A stretch of 62,901 nucleotides of DNA, the filler included, from Hyphochytrium catenoides (lineage: Eukaryota; Protista; Hyphochytriomycota): the NCBI GenBank assembly GCA_900088475.1. It is 5 parts of 5 records of this genome, joined end to end, with 100 filler letters (N's around TTAATTAATTAA, not from the genome) between each part and the next. Parts side by side here need not be neighbours in the genome. Positions count along the whole stretch, not along the records: positions 32,402 to 59,511 come from FLMG01003891.1; positions 59,612 to 62,901 come from FLMG01001726.1; 3 more parts are not named here. One strand, given 5' to 3'. Position 1 is the first letter of the stretch. Each line of letters starts with the position of its first letter. The notes beneath the pieces are model-generated. The model worked only from the letters and a program-made list of their open reading frames with translations. It was not told where the DNA came from and ran no database searches. Shown one piece after another: positions 58,895 through 62,901 of this stretch. Position numbers and translations under genes: made by a program.

Positions 58895-59511
58895 TGGATC
58901 CATGCCGCCTGCCCTTGCCATAGACATCTTGCTTTTTGAAAAGGTGTCCGTACGCTCTAGCATGACACTGTCAGACCGTGCTTCTACTTCCTCGCCGTTT
59001 TCTTATGTCCCTCTGGTCCGTGGCTCTCCTTACTTGCCCATTCCCTCCGTACTGCCGCTACTTCTTCCACCGGTCCTACTTCTCGCTGGGTTCAGTATCA
59101 GCCGCAGCACTCGTTATAGTTTAGTCTGTGCCTGCCTTTGGACGCGGATCCTCTGTGGCACTGGTCGAAGCGGCCACTAGACCGACAATATATGTGAGAC
59201 GCCGGGACCTAAGGATCCTGCCTCCTCAAGGGATGGAGAGGAATGAGGGTCGTTACCTGGCTCTCGCGCCTGTCCTGTCCATCGCGATCGGCCCGCCCGT
59301 CAGTGTTCTTTGAGGCCTCTTTCGTCCTTCCGTCTCGTGATTCTGATGTTCTGATGGATCCGAATGCTGACGTTACCGGCTTTATCGCCCTCTTGGTTAC
59401 TTCAAACACTCGACCAACCCTCAGGCCTTCTCTCTCCTCTCTCATTCTCTCTCTCTTTCTCTCTCTCTCTCTCTGTCTCTTTCTCTCTCTCTCTCTCTCT
59501 CTCCCTCTCTC

Positions 59512-59611
59512 NNNNNNNNNNNNNNNNNNNNNNNNNNNNNNNNNNNNNNNNNNNNTTAATTAATTAANNNNNNNNNNNNNNNNNNNNNNNNNNNNNNNNN
59601 NNNNNNNNNNN
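59512..59611. other. Artificial contig linker
   Basis: N44-TTAATTAATTAA-N44. Confidence 0.95.
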
Positions 59612-62600
59612 ATCTTAAACCCTTCTGTCTCCGTCTCCAACTCAAAGCTCTCTCTATCTTCTCTCTGTCACCACATCATCTTCCTCTGTCTCGTCCTCCT
59701 ACCTGCTTATCCATGCTCTGACCTATCTCTCTTCCTCTCCCTTCTATGTCTCTGTCTCACTCTTTCTCAATTTCAGTCTTCGTTCTTCTCTCTTTTCGCT
59801 GTTTGGCTGTTTTCCCCTATGTTTTGTCCCTTGCGGGTGATGGCTGAAGGAGGCAATGCCTCTGTTTGTATCTATGGACTACCGATGGTCAGCGCCAGGA
59901 GTAATAATATGGGAAGCTCTGAGTTAGCCTTGGGTCTTACCTGAGAGGTCATAGTAGTACGATACTGCACTCTGTGGAAAGTAGTAATAAGCTGGTCTTC
60001 TTTTGATTCTTATACTTCCTCCCTTTGGTGTTCCGTAGTAGTAGTGTGAGCCATCATCACTAACCAATCTAGGAGGAGGACATAAAGAGCAACCAAGAAT
60101 GACCGGTTCAGGTCGTATTATTACGCTCAGAAAGCCTAAGGTAAACTATGGCAGGACGAGGATGTGCTAGGTAGAACTATTTACAAGGACAAACCTAGGG
60201 ACCAGATAAACATAAGGAACTACAAGGAAAATCAACTACTGTCCTATCTGCGTGGACCATGTAGCGTCTGTTCAAAATAGAGTTGGGTTGTATCCCCTCC
60301 ATTTATCACTAGCTGTAGTAGTTCCTAGGCAGTCTGTGCGTGATGTACGCTCACTTGATAGTGCACTTCATCTTCTTCTTGATGATGATGATGATGATAA
60401 AGATACGACAGCCTTACCACCATGATGGGCTGGGAGCTGCCTGCTCCTGGGCCCTGAGGAAGGATGTTCATCACGCTTGTCTCTCTTGGCCTATGAGACA
60501 TGAAAAGTTGACTTCCTGTCTGCAGTTGGCCTTGTTGAAGCAGATCATTATCGTCCTAATCTACCATAATATAGCCACCACCACCACCGCTCACCCCAGG
60601 GAATGCTCGCATGAAGAAAGATGATAAATATTACGATGCCTTACACAAGGGACTTTGACCGTCTTTACGTTTATCTTTTACTATTATAAATGGTCCAGCG
60701 TTGGCATGAACAACACTTCCGCTTCTGGTGGCAGGAAGGACGACTCTTCTGCTCTTCTTTTCAGTAGTGGGGCTTCTTCATGCTCCTTTTTATCGTGCTG
60801 TCTTCTTAACGATAGCGGTGTGATCATGTGTGAGGTGCGTCTAACTAACGGTTAAAGATTATGATGTGCTACTATAGGTGATAACTAGAGTTTGATACCT
60901 ACTCTTCAGCATAGTAGCGTCCAGCTACTGAACGGGATCTTCCCTCTATATGTTATTATGAATGGCGGCTTACCAGTGCCTCCTACTAATATCGTCCAAT
61001 GAGAAATGGTTGATTCTCCAGGGTGTTTTATAAAAAGATATTAAATAATAGTAAGTGCTTCCATTAGTAGACAGTCTGTAAAGGAGTAATAATGCCCCTG
61101 GCCATCGAAAGTGGAGAAAATATAACTATGGGCTGAAGCAGTAAATAACGGTAACTTGTTAGCAGAACTACTGCGAGGCTAATAAGTTCTTCTCTCTATA
61201 TATTATTATACGCCAACGGACAACAAGAACTGGTGACTGGTCCCTACCACCTACCCTCCTTCACCTTTCCCTCCACTCATCAACCATCAATAAACAGCAT
61301 TCCTGCCTCTTGGGTGATACTGAGTTGTGTACCTGAGTCTGCTGAATGACGGTGGCAGAATATAAAGGACAAAACGTTACAACTTGATTATGCAAGAGAG
61401 ACGTGATGACGCTCATATAGTGATAACTTGGCTTCTTCCGAGGTGGTGGTGGTGGCTTTAGCGTTGACGCCATACTAAAAGAGAGCAAGGGAGGAACTAG
61501 AAATGGATCCCTCCACCACCATTTTAAGGACTGCTGGGTCACAACGAAGATGAAGTAGTAGAAGTGAAAAGTAGTATGCACCTAGCTCACCGATCCTTAA
61601 CGATGATAATATCTTTGATAATGCTAAAGATGTCACCATACTTAACAAACAAGCAACCACATGCGGGTCGGGCCCGATGGACTCGCTTGTGCTATTGTCT
61701 ACGGTGCTTTCTGTCCGTCCTTGCTCTTCAGCTCTGCCTCGACCAAGACCGACTCAGCGTCATTTTCGATGGCTGACGCCCTCCACCAGTATGTGGATCA
61801 TACCTTCTTTGCCAATATTTTCTGCCTTTTTTTTAAGCAGACGCGAACCGCTCATCTCCTACGTCGTCGGCACCTCCTCGCGATACCTACTTATCATCTT
61901 GCTGTCGGTCTCCTTCCTTCCTGATTCTTTTTGCGTCCTCCATTGCCTTTCTTTCCTGATGTGTCGTCTTGCGATTATTAGGTCGTTCTTCGCCTCTGTT
62001 GTCGAACTCGATTCCATAATATCAACCCAACAATACTAAGTTGGAGTGCTTACTACATTTTTTACTACCGTGTCAACAAGAAGTCTGCGAAGGGAGAAAG
62101 AAAGTAGTACCAATGAGCGAACGAGCCCTTACCCAGTCAAGACTATCTCGGAGGCAGATAGATGCACTGATGATGATGAATTCTGCTAAGCGATGACAGC
62201 CTTTCTTTTTTCATGAGTGAAACAGTTGTCATTAACCCAGCCTTACTTACATATCATAGAGGTACGACGGATGAAGGATGATGACAATAATTGATGAAAG
62301 GAAATAACACCAAAAAAGGTGAGAGCGGGTGAAGGATTGCATCAAGCAGACAATGGCCAAGATAATAACATGAGACCTGATTAACAAAGGACTGCTACTT
62401 TCTTCCTCGCGTTCTTCCTGCTCAACAGTCATCTTTCCTTTTCTTCAACAGCCCGCCGCCTCCTCCTCCTTTTCCTGATGGATAAGTGCAACAACGTGCC
62501 ATCAGCTGTCGCTGGCGATCACTGTCGTCCAGGGTGGTCCACTCCCGCTGACTAACTGCTGGAGGAGGGTTCCGGGTTATTACTGCTTGTCGCCACATGC

Positions 62601-62901
62601 TTCGATGACAACTTTTTATATTGCTCTGCTGGTAGCCTTGCTTTTCGGACGGAGTCGTCGTACCTCTACTTCAGTCATAGTTTGTTGTCCGTCATCCGAG
62701 GAATAATAATGCGAGCAGCCGTTGCAGCTAGCTTCTATAGGAAGAAGGGGCAATCGGACTCCGATAAAGGAAAATATAAAGACGGCCAGTAGACCTCATC
62801 AAGAAAAGGACGTCCACTTATTTAGAGAGATGGTAGTACTAGACTAGTTCTTCTCTAACCATGATTACAGCTTTATCTTCCTCCTCGCTTCCAAGCATCT
62901 C

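Noticed and set aside
59612-62901. Coding potential in the last piece
   Set aside because: Only short stop-ridden ORFs; nothing identifiable

Overview
This is eukaryotic draft-assembly sequence: GT-AG introns with CTAAC/CTGAC branch points and abundant (GA)n/(CT)n microsatellites. Gene content suggests a protist, possibly a stramenopile (inference). Four artificial 100-bp linkers (N44-TTAATTAATTAA-N44) split the window into five pieces whose adjacency is not guaranteed: 1-3689, 3790-14000, 14101-32301, 32402-59511, 59612-62901. Intron-rich genes: UBL-SPRY protein, zinc-lid adenylate kinase, HELLS/DDM1-like SNF2 remodeler, an Hsp70 that ends in a transmembrane helix instead of the helical lid, a small CaaX protein with PP1-docking-like motifs, and a large acidic protein. 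Intronless genes: a 1712-aa DUF4062-ZnF-NACHT-WD40x14 STAND protein, a secreted CBM1-like/HEXXH metallopeptidase, a GT71 glycosyltransferase with five Cys-rich repeats and a second GT-like domain, and a fungal-type enoyl-reductase-like MDR. Mobile remnants: a DIRS-type tyrosine recombinase, Ty1/copia RNase H plus LTR, a MITE and a hAT-like end. The most notable structures are two long fold-back inverted repeats. One is built from a partial duplicate of the neighbouring gene together with that gene's upstream region (candidate hairpin-RNA locus); the other is built from copia RNase H. All alignments and exon models were made by eye.
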